Virus record (IMG/VR): IMGVR_UViG_3300029309_000001
Span: 55,027 to 119,026 of that record
Strand: one strand, 5' to 3'
DNA from: a virus
Length of the DNA: 64,000 bases
Positions 1 through 11,800 of the stretch are shown here, one piece after another. The notes beneath the pieces are model-generated. The model saw only the letters and a list, made by a program, of their open reading frames with translations. It was not told the origin of the DNA and did no database searches. Numbering within the stretch: the first letter of the stretch is position 1; every line of letters starts with the position of its first letter. The translations under genes were made by a program, and so were the position numbers.

Positions 1-666
1 TAATATTTGTTTTTGTTCTTCAGGTGGTAACTGATCTATCATTTGCATCATAGCTTGTTCTTCATTAAGTTTATTTACTTTTTGAACAAACTGCATTGGA
101 TCTATTTTTTTAGACATTAAAAATGGATAAGCTGCTAAAGGCACACCATCTTCAAATTTCTTTTTACTTTCTGATACAAATGCTAATTCAGATAATTTCA
201 TTTTATTTTTTTCTAACATTAACTCTGCACTTCTTGTAGTTATATCATCTACAAATTCATCATTTAAAGCTGAATAGTATTTGTTTAATGGAAATTTTTT
301 AGATACAGCAGCAGGAGTCATTTTCTTTTTAGAATTAATATTAAATCTAGTAAGCTGATCTTTATTAAGTTTCATTTTAGCAGTATCTGAAAAAATAAAT
401 GATTGAGGAGGTAAACTTAATGCAGTTCCACCTTGTGGATGTCTTTTACCACCAATGTTATACAGCTCAAAGTTACCATCATTAGTTAAATCAGTTAATG
501 CTGTCTCACCTTTTTCTGCTTCTAAATTAGCAAAGGATCTTGGTATAGGTCCTAATGAATTACCATAAGGTGCTCCACCTGTAGCCATAACTTTTACAAT
601 TTTACCATTTTTAAATTTATATCCGTTTGGTAAATTTCCTATTTTTACTTTTACTTTTTTTCCCAT
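1..666 (-). CDS. Virion cargo/internal protein, N-terminal part (runs off the window edge)
   Basis: Open frame from ATG at 666 (MGKKVKVKIGNLPNG...MATGGAP...NLEAEKGETAL...IGGKRHPQGG) with no stop to position 1. It follows the other giant cargo genes in the same direction. Confidence 0.7.
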   Translation of the reverse strand, partial: MGKKVKVKIGNLPNGYKFKNGKIVKVMATGGAPYGNSLGPIPRSFANLEAEKGETALTDLTNDGNFELYNIGGKRHPQGGTALSLPPQSFIFSDTAKMKLNKDQLTRFNINSKKKMTPAAVSKKFPLNKYYSALNDEFVDDITTRSAELMLEKNKMKLSELAFVSESKKKFEDGVPLAAYPFLMSKKIDPMQFVQKVNKLNEEQAMMQMIDQLPPEEQKQIL

Positions 667-668
667 AA

Positions 669-3600
669 TTATATAATTTCTATGTCTGCTCCTGCAGCTA
701 ATAATTCATAATACATATCTGTATCAATACTTACTGTTTTTTCTTTTTGTTCACCACCATCTTTAAAGAAGAATCCTAAACCTCCTGAATACTCCCAATT
801 ACTTGTTGAAGGATTATAAGTAACACCTGCATTTAATAATCCATATCTTGCTTCTGCTCCTATTTTTAATCCGTCATTGCTTTTATAATCTGCAAATAAA
901 TCTAATTGACCTTGAGGAACATAATCATGTTTATCTTTATACATAAATCCAAGACCAGATTTATAAATTGTTTGAGGAACTGGTGTTTTAAATTGTAAAC
1001 CTGCTCTTCCACCATAATAAGGACTAACCATTTCTTGATCATTAAAGTCAATACCACCATATCCTTCTAGCATTATACCAGCAGGTCCTGAAGTAGGTAA
1101 CCCATAAAAATCTTGATCAAGTCTTAATCTAGCTCCTATGTCACCTTTAGCTGTCAGTTTAGTAAAAGGATTTCCTTCATTATCCATTTCTGTAGTTTCA
1201 AAAGGGCTAAAGTTAGTATAAACACCTCTTTTAAATCTACCACCTCCTGCATCTCTGCAACTACCACCCCAACAATTTACCATATCTGCTCCAAAAAATA
1301 AATTTAACGGATGCTCACCACTTTGATATTCAACACCAAATCTTGGATTTGTTAATCTTGTTCCTCTAAAACCATATTGAGCATTAGGTAATTCACTACC
1401 ATATTGACTAAAACCATCTTGTCTTGAAATTACTTTACTATCTGTAAACATAAGTCCTGTGTTTTCATCTTCTTCTCCTCTAGATAATGTATCAGCTGCC
1501 ATTACATTGTATGCATCATCTGAAGATCTAGTAGCTAAATTATAAGCTTGTTCTTTTCCTTCATTTATTTGATCAAATATTTTATTACCAATACCTGCTG
1601 CTTCTTTTAAAAACTTTGCACCTTTTTCAAAACCTTGAACTACTTTACTATCTCTAACATAGTTAAGTTTATTTCTCATTCTTTCTCCAAAAGTATCACC
1701 CCATCTATCTCTTCTGTCTTGTCTTCTTTGTTTTCTTAAAGCTTTTTCTTCTTCTTTTGCTGCTTGCATATCTTCATAAGATTCAAAACCTGCTTCTATA
1801 GCTTTATCTTCTCTTCTTTTATCTCTACGTACACCTCTAAGTTGTCTTCTACTTAAAGTATTACCATCTCCTTCAAATGCAAAATCATCAGTAACATCAA
1901 ACTCTGGTGTAACATTTGCTTGATCAACAAACATATCTTGTTCTGTATTAAATACATCACCATAGGATCTATTGATAGAACCTTCTTTTGGTTTAAATGT
2001 ATTCATATCTATATCTCTTCTTCTAACATCATATGTATTAGCTGCAGATTTTTTCATTCCTTGATTAACTGCATTAGCTGTAAACATATCACCTACATTA
2101 CGGTTTATTGTACCAGTCTCATCTGAAAATGCATCACCTACTACATTAAATTGATCTGAATCAGGAGTGTTAAATCCTTGATTTTCTTCTGTTGCATCTA
2201 CCCATTGACCTCCTTGCCATACATCACCATATGAACTAATAGCTCCTTCTTTAGGCATACCAGCTTCATAATCAAATTGTTCTGGATTTACCATATACAT
2301 TGCTGCTGCATCTTGTGCACCATTTTGTGCTTTATATAATGATCCACCAGTTTGTTTAAAATTACTAAATGCATTATAATTTATACTAGGTGTAGTGGTT
2401 AATCTTTGTGGTGCATATAATGGATTTACAATTGCACTTGAAAAATCTTTATTTCTATAGTTTTTTAACATATCTAATTGTGTTGTTTGTTTGCTAAAAG
2501 GATTAACATTAAATAATGGTGTTTTAAAATTATCTGCTTGATTTAAACGAGTATTAATTAAATTAACACCTTTTTGATTTAATGCAGGAAAAGTTTTATT
2601 AAGTGTTTTTAATTGATTAAAGTTTTTAGGTAATACATTAACAAGACCTGTGTTACCTACACCACTTAACTCAAGAGCACCAAGTGCTAAATTACCAAAA
2701 CCTTCACCAGTTCTACCTTCAGAAAAATCTGTATAAGCTTCAGGTAATGTATTTCTTAAAGCTTCTTGTGACCAATATGCATTATTTAATTGACCAAATG
2801 TTACTGGTGCTCCTATAGTTGAACTACCTGGTACAGTTACACGTGCAAGTTTATTTGCAAGACCAAGACCTCCTCTAACTACACCTACACCACCAACTAA
2901 AGCAGGAATGTAACCCATTAAACTATTCATTTCATAATCAACTGGACCTTGATCAACAAACATTGGGTTTAATAAATTTTCGTTATCACCTATACTTAAA
3001 AACTCATTGCCTGTATTATAACCTATAGTAGGTCCACCATAACCTCCTTTTGATCCTTTAAAATATGGATTAAGACTAGTTAAAACTGCATCTTCATAAT
3101 TGTCTGGTGTTATTGTTTGATAATCTGATTTATAATTAGCTACAATTTGATTCCTAAAATCTTCATAAGACATAGGTTCTCCTTCTTTAAGAACTCCATC
3201 ATTTTGATTTAATATAGGTTTAGCTTTTACAATAGTTCCACCACTTAAATCACTATTATTAATTCTTTTAATATTACCATCTGCTGTCCATTGTTCTCCT
3301 GAAGCTAAGTTAGGATAATTTACACCAGGTGTACCAATTTGAGGTTTATAATCTCTTACTAATTCTTCATAGTCTTTAGCTATTATATTTTCATATAATG
3401 AAGATCTATTAGCATCATAAAAAGTATTTTCTAAATTTAAATTATTTTCATCACCCATTTCAGCATCTTTTCCAAAATTATATATGCTAGTTAAAGGTTC
3501 TCCATTTACAGTAAGTTTGCTTACATCTTGTAAATTTAAATTATATTGATTAGCAAAATTTATAACATCTTTTAAGTTAGAAAAATTTCCTGTTCTTACT

Positions 3601-5741
3601 TCTTTTTGTTCTACAGTTTCATTTCTATATGGATATACTTGTCCTTCATTATCAACAGTCCAAAATACATTTGGTGTTGTTTCATACTGTAAAAATGGAT
3701 CTCTTGATAAATTCCATTCTTGTGCTTGTTTATTTAAATTATATAATTGTGTTCTTCCTTCTCTTGTTGAAGGGTTAGGAAAATTTGGAAAGTCTCTTAT
3801 AATGTTTGAATAAAGATTAAATTCATCAGCTTGTGGCCATGTAGATTTATCTTTAATATTTATACTTCCAGCTCTATAATTAGAATTTCTAGCATCTCCA
3901 TATCCTGCTCCAAGAGCAAGTAAATCTTCTTGCATTTTTAACCACAATTCTAATTGTTGATCTGTCCAATCAGGAATTTCACTTTTATTTTGAAAATGCA
4001 TTAGATCACCACCATCACGTAAAAATGAAAAAGTAGGGATAGAACCACCGTATTTTAAATCAGGATCAAATTCCATATCATCAAGATTAGCATCTTCAGG
4101 TACACTTTCATTATTTTTTTCTTGTGATGTAGGTTCATTACATTTACAATTTGCTGCATCCCAATCTCCAGGTGGTGTTAGCTGTGCACATTTTTCCTGT
4201 AACTCAAAACAATCATTTGCAGTTTGTTGAGAACTTTTTTCATAAGTTATGTTAGTAGGATTTTCTGCATCAAAAGGAATATACTTATATTTTTTTTGTC
4301 CTCTTTCATCAACACCATCAAATACATAAGAACCTTGTATGCCTGTATTATCTTCATTATGAACAAGCATAACAGCATCAGGTACATATTCTGTTTCAAT
4401 CATATCACCTAATAGCTTATCTCCTTGATAAGTTATATTACCATCCATATCCATACTAGATATTTGATATAAATCAGGATACGCAGCAGTTCTATTGTTA
4501 ACATATTGATTATACTCATTCATTCTTTTCTCTTCGTATGTTATGAGTTTATCTGGTTGTGTTGGATCAAAGAATCTAGTTTCATCAAATGGATTTGTTA
4601 TTTTAAATTGTTGATAATTTTCTTTACCCCATCTATTATTACCTGCACTTGGAAATGCAAGCTTTGCCATTTGATTTATTTCTTTTTTAGAGGCATCAGG
4701 ATTTTGTTCTCTTAAAACCTTTTTAAAATTTCTAAATTCTTTTTTAGTTATTTTATTTGGATCAACATCAAAGTTTTGAAAATCTTTAATTCCACTTTGA
4801 AATAAATTTACTATATCACTTAATATGTTAGTATCTTCTCCTGCATTATACATCATAAAAGGTTTAGTATCTACTTTATTAGATCTATCACGTCTTCTTT
4901 TACCACGTTTAGTTTGCCAATCTGCAAATTTATTTAATATTTGATTTTCTTGATTATTTTTTGCATCAAATATATCTGTATTATTATCTAATCCTTCACA
5001 TACTCCTGTTAAAGAATTATAATTTCCACCTTTTGCAGCACACTCATCTGCTTTTGCAACCTCTGACTCAACTTCATTTATTATATCTTCTTCACTTTTA
5101 TTGTTATCTTCAGCTCCTGGATAATTAGTTTCTGCATCTTCCATTCCTTCAACATCATCATTATCTCCATCATCTTGGAATTTTTTTAAAGATCCTCCAT
5201 ATTCAAATGTAGGCATTTGTTGTTGAGGTATTATAGCTTGTTGAGGTTGCATAGATTGTTCTGGTGCTTGTTGTTGCATAACCATTTCTTCTTGTGGTGC
5301 AACAGCTGGTTCATTTAAACCAGGCATTTGTAAACCTTCTTGTATTTGTTCTACAGTTTCTTTTGATTCTTCATAATCAGAAACACTTTGATTTTGTTTA
5401 CTATAAGAACTGTCATTATTTTTTAATGGTCCCCCTTTTTCATAACTATCACAAACATTTTGTTCAGTGCATTTAAAATCATTACTCCAGCAATATCCAA
5501 TATTACCTGACTTATCATTTATACACTTTTTCATTCTATTTGATATGTCAAAAAATATACAAATACCACATTTATCTTCTGAACTTGCTTTACCATAATT
5601 AAATCTAGAAATAGCTCTTTCTCTATTATCTAAATTTAAATCTTGATCAATAGTAGCATCAGGACATGGCGTAACTTGTTGAGTATCACCACCTTCTTGA
5701 TAAACTTCTAAAGTTTGTATGTTAGGGTATTTTTTTGCCAT
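669..5741 (-). CDS. Giant (1690 aa) modular virion cargo protein
   Basis: Long ORF downstream of the tail genes, where crAss-like phages place cargo/ejection proteins. It has an N-terminal Cys-rich domain, repeated xxGG-x-L-x-K-x-Q linkers and a C-terminal amphipathic beta-strand region. Confidence 0.7.
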   Translation of the reverse strand: MAKKYPNIQTLEVYQEGGDTQQVTPCPDATIDQDLNLDNRERAISRFNYGKASSEDKCGICIFFDISNRMKKCINDKSGNIGYCWSNDFKCTEQNVCDSYEKGGPLKNNDSSYSKQNQSVSDYEESKETVEQIQEGLQMPGLNEPAVAPQEEMVMQQQAPEQSMQPQQAIIPQQQMPTFEYGGSLKKFQDDGDNDDVEGMEDAETNYPGAEDNNKSEEDIINEVESEVAKADECAAKGGNYNSLTGVCEGLDNNTDIFDAKNNQENQILNKFADWQTKRGKRRRDRSNKVDTKPFMMYNAGEDTNILSDIVNLFQSGIKDFQNFDVDPNKITKKEFRNFKKVLREQNPDASKKEINQMAKLAFPSAGNNRWGKENYQQFKITNPFDETRFFDPTQPDKLITYEEKRMNEYNQYVNNRTAAYPDLYQISSMDMDGNITYQGDKLLGDMIETEYVPDAVMLVHNEDNTGIQGSYVFDGVDERGQKKYKYIPFDAENPTNITYEKSSQQTANDCFELQEKCAQLTPPGDWDAANCKCNEPTSQEKNNESVPEDANLDDMEFDPDLKYGGSIPTFSFLRDGGDLMHFQNKSEIPDWTDQQLELWLKMQEDLLALGAGYGDARNSNYRAGSINIKDKSTWPQADEFNLYSNIIRDFPNFPNPSTREGRTQLYNLNKQAQEWNLSRDPFLQYETTPNVFWTVDNEGQVYPYRNETVEQKEVRTGNFSNLKDVINFANQYNLNLQDVSKLTVNGEPLTSIYNFGKDAEMGDENNLNLENTFYDANRSSLYENIIAKDYEELVRDYKPQIGTPGVNYPNLASGEQWTADGNIKRINNSDLSGGTIVKAKPILNQNDGVLKEGEPMSYEDFRNQIVANYKSDYQTITPDNYEDAVLTSLNPYFKGSKGGYGGPTIGYNTGNEFLSIGDNENLLNPMFVDQGPVDYEMNSLMGYIPALVGGVGVVRGGLGLANKLARVTVPGSSTIGAPVTFGQLNNAYWSQEALRNTLPEAYTDFSEGRTGEGFGNLALGALELSGVGNTGLVNVLPKNFNQLKTLNKTFPALNQKGVNLINTRLNQADNFKTPLFNVNPFSKQTTQLDMLKNYRNKDFSSAIVNPLYAPQRLTTTPSINYNAFSNFKQTGGSLYKAQNGAQDAAAMYMVNPEQFDYEAGMPKEGAISSYGDVWQGGQWVDATEENQGFNTPDSDQFNVVGDAFSDETGTINRNVGDMFTANAVNQGMKKSAANTYDVRRRDIDMNTFKPKEGSINRSYGDVFNTEQDMFVDQANVTPEFDVTDDFAFEGDGNTLSRRQLRGVRRDKRREDKAIEAGFESYEDMQAAKEEEKALRKQRRQDRRDRWGDTFGERMRNKLNYVRDSKVVQGFEKGAKFLKEAAGIGNKIFDQINEGKEQAYNLATRSSDDAYNVMAADTLSRGEEDENTGLMFTDSKVISRQDGFSQYGSELPNAQYGFRGTRLTNPRFGVEYQSGEHPLNLFFGADMVNCWGGSCRDAGGGRFKRGVYTNFSPFETTEMDNEGNPFTKLTAKGDIGARLRLDQDFYGLPTSGPAGIMLEGYGGIDFNDQEMVSPYYGGRAGLQFKTPVPQTIYKSGLGFMYKDKHDYVPQGQLDLFADYKSNDGLKIGAEARYGLLNAGVTYNPSTSNWEYSGGLGFFFKDGGEQKEKTVSIDTDMYYELLAAGADIEII

Positions 5742-5775
5742 TTACTTAATTAATTAATTATAAGCAGTATACATT

Positions 5776-5789
5776 TATAATATACTAAA
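5776..5789 (-). promoter_or_regulatory. Putative phage late promoter (TTTAGTATATTATA)
   Basis: Copy of a motif recurring upstream of minus-strand structural genes, about 35 nt before the ATG at 5741. Confidence 0.55.
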
Positions 5790-5820
5790 TAATTAGCACA
5801 TTTTCTAATTATATTACTGC

Positions 5821-8800
5821 TTATATCATACCTAAAGACTTTAAATGTTTAGTTCCTGCAGGTGTAAGTTTATCTCCATTTTCATATTTTTTAATAAGTC
5901 TATCTGTTACTTTATCAACTTCACCTCCCATTTGCTTTTTAGTTATTCCTTCATTAAATTTTTCTATATATTCTTGAGGAGTTTTATTAGCTTGTCCTGC
6001 ATTAACTCCATATTTATCTGGAAATACAGATTCTAAACTATTACCATCTCTAAGTACATAACCTAAATATTCACGTGTTCCTTGTCTTCCTAAAAAGTTT
6101 ACTAATGCTGCAACTTCTGTTGTAGTATATGGAAAACTAGGTATTTGTTTGCTATAAATTTTATATAAATCTATACCACTTTCTCTTAGACCTTTTACAC
6201 CTTCTAACTTACCTCTATATCTATTTTCAAAATATTTATTCTGTGCTTCTATATCATTAGCAAAATCTTGTCTACTTCCATCATACATTGTAGAAATTTC
6301 ACTAAACCTTTGTCCATATAAACCTGTAGCAGTTGATTCTGGATTAATCATTAGTTCACCATTAAGACTTTCTGCATAAGCAACTCCTTGTTTTAATTTT
6401 TCAAAATCAACCCAATTTGCATCTAATTCACTTGGTGGTATTAATTCTTTAGTATCTGGATGATAATATATTCTTCCATATATATCAAATGGTTTTCCTA
6501 CAATACTTTCTCCTTCAATATTAAAACCTAAACCTGTTGGTATATCAAAATCATATTCATCATAATAAGCATAATAAGGAAGCTCTCTTTCATCATCCAT
6601 ACCTCTTGATATTTGATAATTACTAAGATTAAAACCTCCTGCTGCAGAATCATTTATTTGCCATTTATCTTTTGATGCATCTTTTGTAATACCCCTTTCT
6701 ATTATGTCATCCATAATATCATCAACATTATTAAAAGAATAATAAACAGACTTATCATCTTCTACTCCTAATGTAGGTTTAAATTTAGATTTAGAAACTG
6801 TATTATGTTTTTGATCAAAACCTAAATACATACCCCATAAATCTTCTGAAGCATTTTTAATATATTCTCCAGCATTAGGATTATCTTTAAATCTAGGATG
6901 ATTTTGAAAATCATCAAATGATGTTTCTACACCATCCCACATAAAAGGTTGTTTTTCTCCATAAAGCATTTCTACCATTGCTTGATCCATATTATAACCT
7001 ATAGGTGTTACAGATTTATATAATCTATTTGCTAACCATCCAGGATTATTTTGACCTTGCATTTGAAACTTAGGTAATCTTTTATTATATTTATCTTTTA
7101 TTGATCCACCTGTCTTTTTTTCTTCTAAATTATTTAACTCTAAACCTTCTAACGTAGCTGCTGTTATAGGTACACCAGTTAACATTTTATTTAAAAGATT
7201 TGCAATAAGTTTATTATTTTGTTTAGTATCTTTTGTTTGATCTAATATTCTCATAACATATCCATCATAATCTGTACCAGGTAGTAATTTAGCATTATCA
7301 GCACGTACCTTAGAAATTAAATCTCCTGTTATATTATCATAAGCATCTGATATATATTTATTATCTAATAGATATTGTTGTAACTCTGCAACATGAGCAG
7401 TAGGCTCTATATACAAAGTTCCTGGTGATTCAAAAGATGGTGAATTAGTTTTTTTTGGAGTAACTGTTTTTATTGGTTCGGTCATATAATCTTGAGTTTC
7501 TTTATTTCTTACTCCAAAACCTTTATCTGCATTACCCCATAGTGAATAACCATCATCAATTAACATTTGATTTTTTAATAATGCAGATGATGTAAGACCA
7601 CCATCATCAACAAATTTTAAATTTGGTGAAAACCAATTAGTATTTGCAGCTCCTAATCTTTGATCAAATATTTTTGTTGCATCATCTGTTATAGGTATAG
7701 TAGTAGATCCAAAACCAAAAACATTTTTTTCAGTATTGCCAGAATTTCTTATTAATTTTCCTACATAGTCCAGTGCATGTTGATCTTCATGTCTAAAAAT
7801 ATTTCTTAACCAATTTTCTGGCAATGCATTTGTATTCATACTTACAAAAGGTAATATACCTTTTTCTAATTGATTATAGTTTTCACCTGAAAAGAAATAC
7901 GGACTATCATCTGGACCATATGAATTAAAATTATTTATAATAGGTATTTGTTTATATGTTGCAATAAATTTATCTACATCTGTATCACTTGCATTTGGAC
8001 CTAAATAATTTTCTTTTATTCTTCTACGTCCTTCTGTAGTATTCATTCTTTCAAGAATATCATTTCTTATATTTAAATAAGATGTATTTCCTGTTAAACT
8101 TTTAGACATATCTTTAACGTCCATTGAATGACTACCTGCACCTAATACTGGTTTACCCATTTGAAGTGTACTTATATATTCAGGATTATATATAAGACTT
8201 TTTAAATCTAATGGTTGAACCATAGAAAAATCTTCAAATAAACTTGTTGTTGGTGTTCCTACCTCTCCTGTTCCATAAAGATCTTCAAATGCATTATAAT
8301 TAACATTTCCCCTAGCTTCTCTACCTATTGCTTCATTATGTATTCTTATTAAATCATCATCTAGATCATCTTTAAAAAATGCTAAATCTTTTTTACTTTG
8401 ATCAACTATATCTGTAAAAGTATTACCTGTTAAACCATGATAATTTTGAAAGTATCCTGGTTGTGCATTATAATAATCTTTTCCAACATTTGATATATTT
8501 TTTGATGTGCCACCTAACCAAGTTGGTAAATAACTACGAAGATAATCTTTTGTATCTTTTACTGTTTGTATTGTTTTTTTTATTTTTGCAGGATTAAACA
8601 AATCTTTATATTGTGCTTTTGGTAATGAACCACCAAGTTTATATAAATCTTTTCCTTTAATAGGTATTATTCCTGGAGATTCTATATCTAAATTATATTT
8701 AGATAAATAACTATCAGGCACTTTAACTCTTATATATTGATTTCCTTTTTGATCAGTAATAATTTCATAAGGATAATCTTTTCCAAAAACTTTATTAATA

Positions 8801-11800
8801 TCTTTTTTAAGTTGTTTTTCAGTATTTTTATTTAATATACTTTGATACCTTTTTGGATAAGCAGATGGATTACTAATAGCAGTTACATCATCAGGATTAT
8901 ATCCTTGATTTGTTAAAAAATTATTTCTAATTTCTTCTATTTTATTTTTTTGTTCTTGAAAACCTCCTGAAATTTCTATTGTGTTACCATCTGGTTGTTT
9001 ATAAGTAACAATCATTTTTTTAGGATTAGTTTTATCAAAAGTAAAAGGTCCTAAAGTTTCTTTACCTACAGCATCTGATTTAATTAAATTACCAAGTGTT
9101 TGATCTACTTCACTAAGAAAATCATTCCAACTATGACCAGTCCAATTATATTCTGTATATAAAGGATTGGGTGCTCCAAATTTATCTGCAGTATATCCTT
9201 GAGTTTTTGCAACTGTTGAAGATAATGGTAAATGTAAATAATCTTTACCACTTTTTGCTGAATAATCTGCAAGTTCAGATAATAATATTTGTTGAGGATT
9301 TTTTCTAAATTCTTTTAAATTTAATTCTACTTCAGATGGATTATTTAATTCATCTAATTCTTTTTTATTTTGTTCCTTTATTTCTTTATTTTGTTTTTTA
9401 CTTTTATTTATTAAATTTTCTTCATATTTTATTTTTGAGTCAACAAATGATTTAAATGCAGGATGTTGTGCTATTTCTAATTGTAATTCTTTTGATATAT
9501 TAGGTGCATTTACATTACTTCTCATAATTGAATTAAACTCTTCATTATTAAAAAAGTTATGATTAGATATATCTACAGATGTTTGATAATCTTTATCTGA
9601 TACATTTGGACCACGGTATTCTGCATTTGCACGTATTGAAGGTGATGATCGTATAAAGTCACGTATTGTTCCTATTAAGTGTTGATTTGTCCAATGCATG
9701 CCATCTTCTGTTTCTAACATAGCATCTATAAAATGATAAGCTTCTTCAGGATTTGTATCTACATCTTTGATATAATTTAAAACATAATTATAATTTTCTA
9801 TTTTTCTTAAATGTCCGTCATAATTTACTGGATTTTCTTTACTTAAATAATCTTTTCGGTTTTGAAGATTTTTATTATATTTTTGAGCATAATCAGATTG
9901 TTTTTCTACTGAAATAGTTGCATCAGGAAACTCATCACTAAAGGCAACTCTATTATGTCCTAATACAAGTTTATCTGTTAAATTTTTTCCAAAATGTGCA
10001 GAACCTGTAGTTTTACTATAATCAGTTACACCTGCATCATCTATAGTTGTTAATAAAAGATTTCCTCTTGCAGAATTGTCACCTTTAAAAATATTAGATT
10101 CATCTCCTTGCCAATAAGTTGTAAAGTTAGAAGTAGGAGATTGTAATGATGTATACATTGTTGGAAATAATAATGTAGGATTTAATGATTGTTGAACTTC
10201 ATCTGCAAATGCATTATAATTAATTGCACCTCTACCTCTATTATTTTGCATCATTGTTTCATAAACTCCTAACATTTTTCCTCTGTCATATCTTTCTTGA
10301 GGAGATAAACCTTTAATTTTTTGAAGATATTGTAAAAATAAATTATTGTTTATATCCCCTTTATTATCTATTATTTTAGTAAGTTCACTATCATTTATAA
10401 TTGTAGGTAATTGAATATTAGAAGATTGAAGTGGAATTTGCTGGCTTGCTATATAATCTTGCCAATTTGCATAAGGCCAATTTTGTCTTAACACTGTATT
10501 AAATTGTCCCATTGATCCTGTTGGTTTATTAGTAAATAATGATGGGTTTCTTGTTGATCTATAATTTAAATTAAGTGTATTTTTAGATGGTGAAAAAAAA
10601 CTTTTAACACCTTGATATAAAGTTTTATACTTTGGATCAAATGGATTATACCATTGAGCTTTTGGTAACTGACCACCGTCTCTAGACATAAAATTAGATT
10701 GTCCAAAATCATCTACTATTTCAAAAGGATTATCAGTCCCTTGAGGAGTTTGTTGTGCAACATTATCCATAAGCCATATAATATCTTCATCTGAAAAGTT
10801 TTTAAATAATCTATTATAACCATGCTTTTCTTTCATCTTTTTTAAATCCTCTTCTGTAAATTTTTTATAATCCCCTGAACTATCATATATACCTGATTTA
10901 TCTGCTTGGTATCTAAATTCTATTAAATCAGATCTAACTTCTGATGGATCTGCATTATGAAATCCTGGTGTTGTACTATAATTTCTATCTAACCACCGTT
11001 TAATTTCATTAGGGTTTTCTGTCATGTATTGTTGTTCATCTTCTGATAATTGATTCCATACATTTTGAAATGCTTTATTTCTTTTATTTATTTTAGCTTG
11101 TAAATTTTGATCTCCTACAAAAAATCCACCTTCAGTATGTCCTAATTCATGAGCCATAATATCTTTCTGTTGTTCCTCAGTAAAAGGACCAATATAATTA
11201 TTTATTGGATCTATAGTAATTGAACTTCTAGTTTTAGTAGAATATCCCTTCTTATGTTTATGTTGTCCAAGTGATCCAGTAAACTTTTCTTCTATAGAAG
11301 GTCCTAGAATAATTGGCTCATCTAATGGTTCAAGCCATATAGAATCTTCATGCTGCATTCTATAAGGATAATCATCTATATATTGTAGACCTTGTTTTGT
11401 TCCTGATTTAAAAAAACGATTAGTCCAGCCTGGTTTATCAGAATTATCAATTATTTTGTTTTTTAAATGATCAAAAGTATTACCTTTTAAATATGACCCA
11501 TACCAATCTACTACAGGTTGATATTTATTTGCTATTGCCATCTCTTCATCAGTAAGTGTATTTGGTAATACTTCTCCAGTAGATTGATAATTAGGTATAT
11601 TAAATTGTTCAGCTATTGAATTTTCAATTGAGTCAGCTTGATTAGCTAAAATTAACGCTTTACTAAATTCATCAAATTCTGGTGAGTTAAGTAACACTCC
11701 TTCTTTAGGAGGTTTTTTACCAAGTAATATTTCATATACTTGTATGTCATCTTTATTCATTTCTAGTATATCTGGTATATTAGAAAAATGTGTGCCACTT

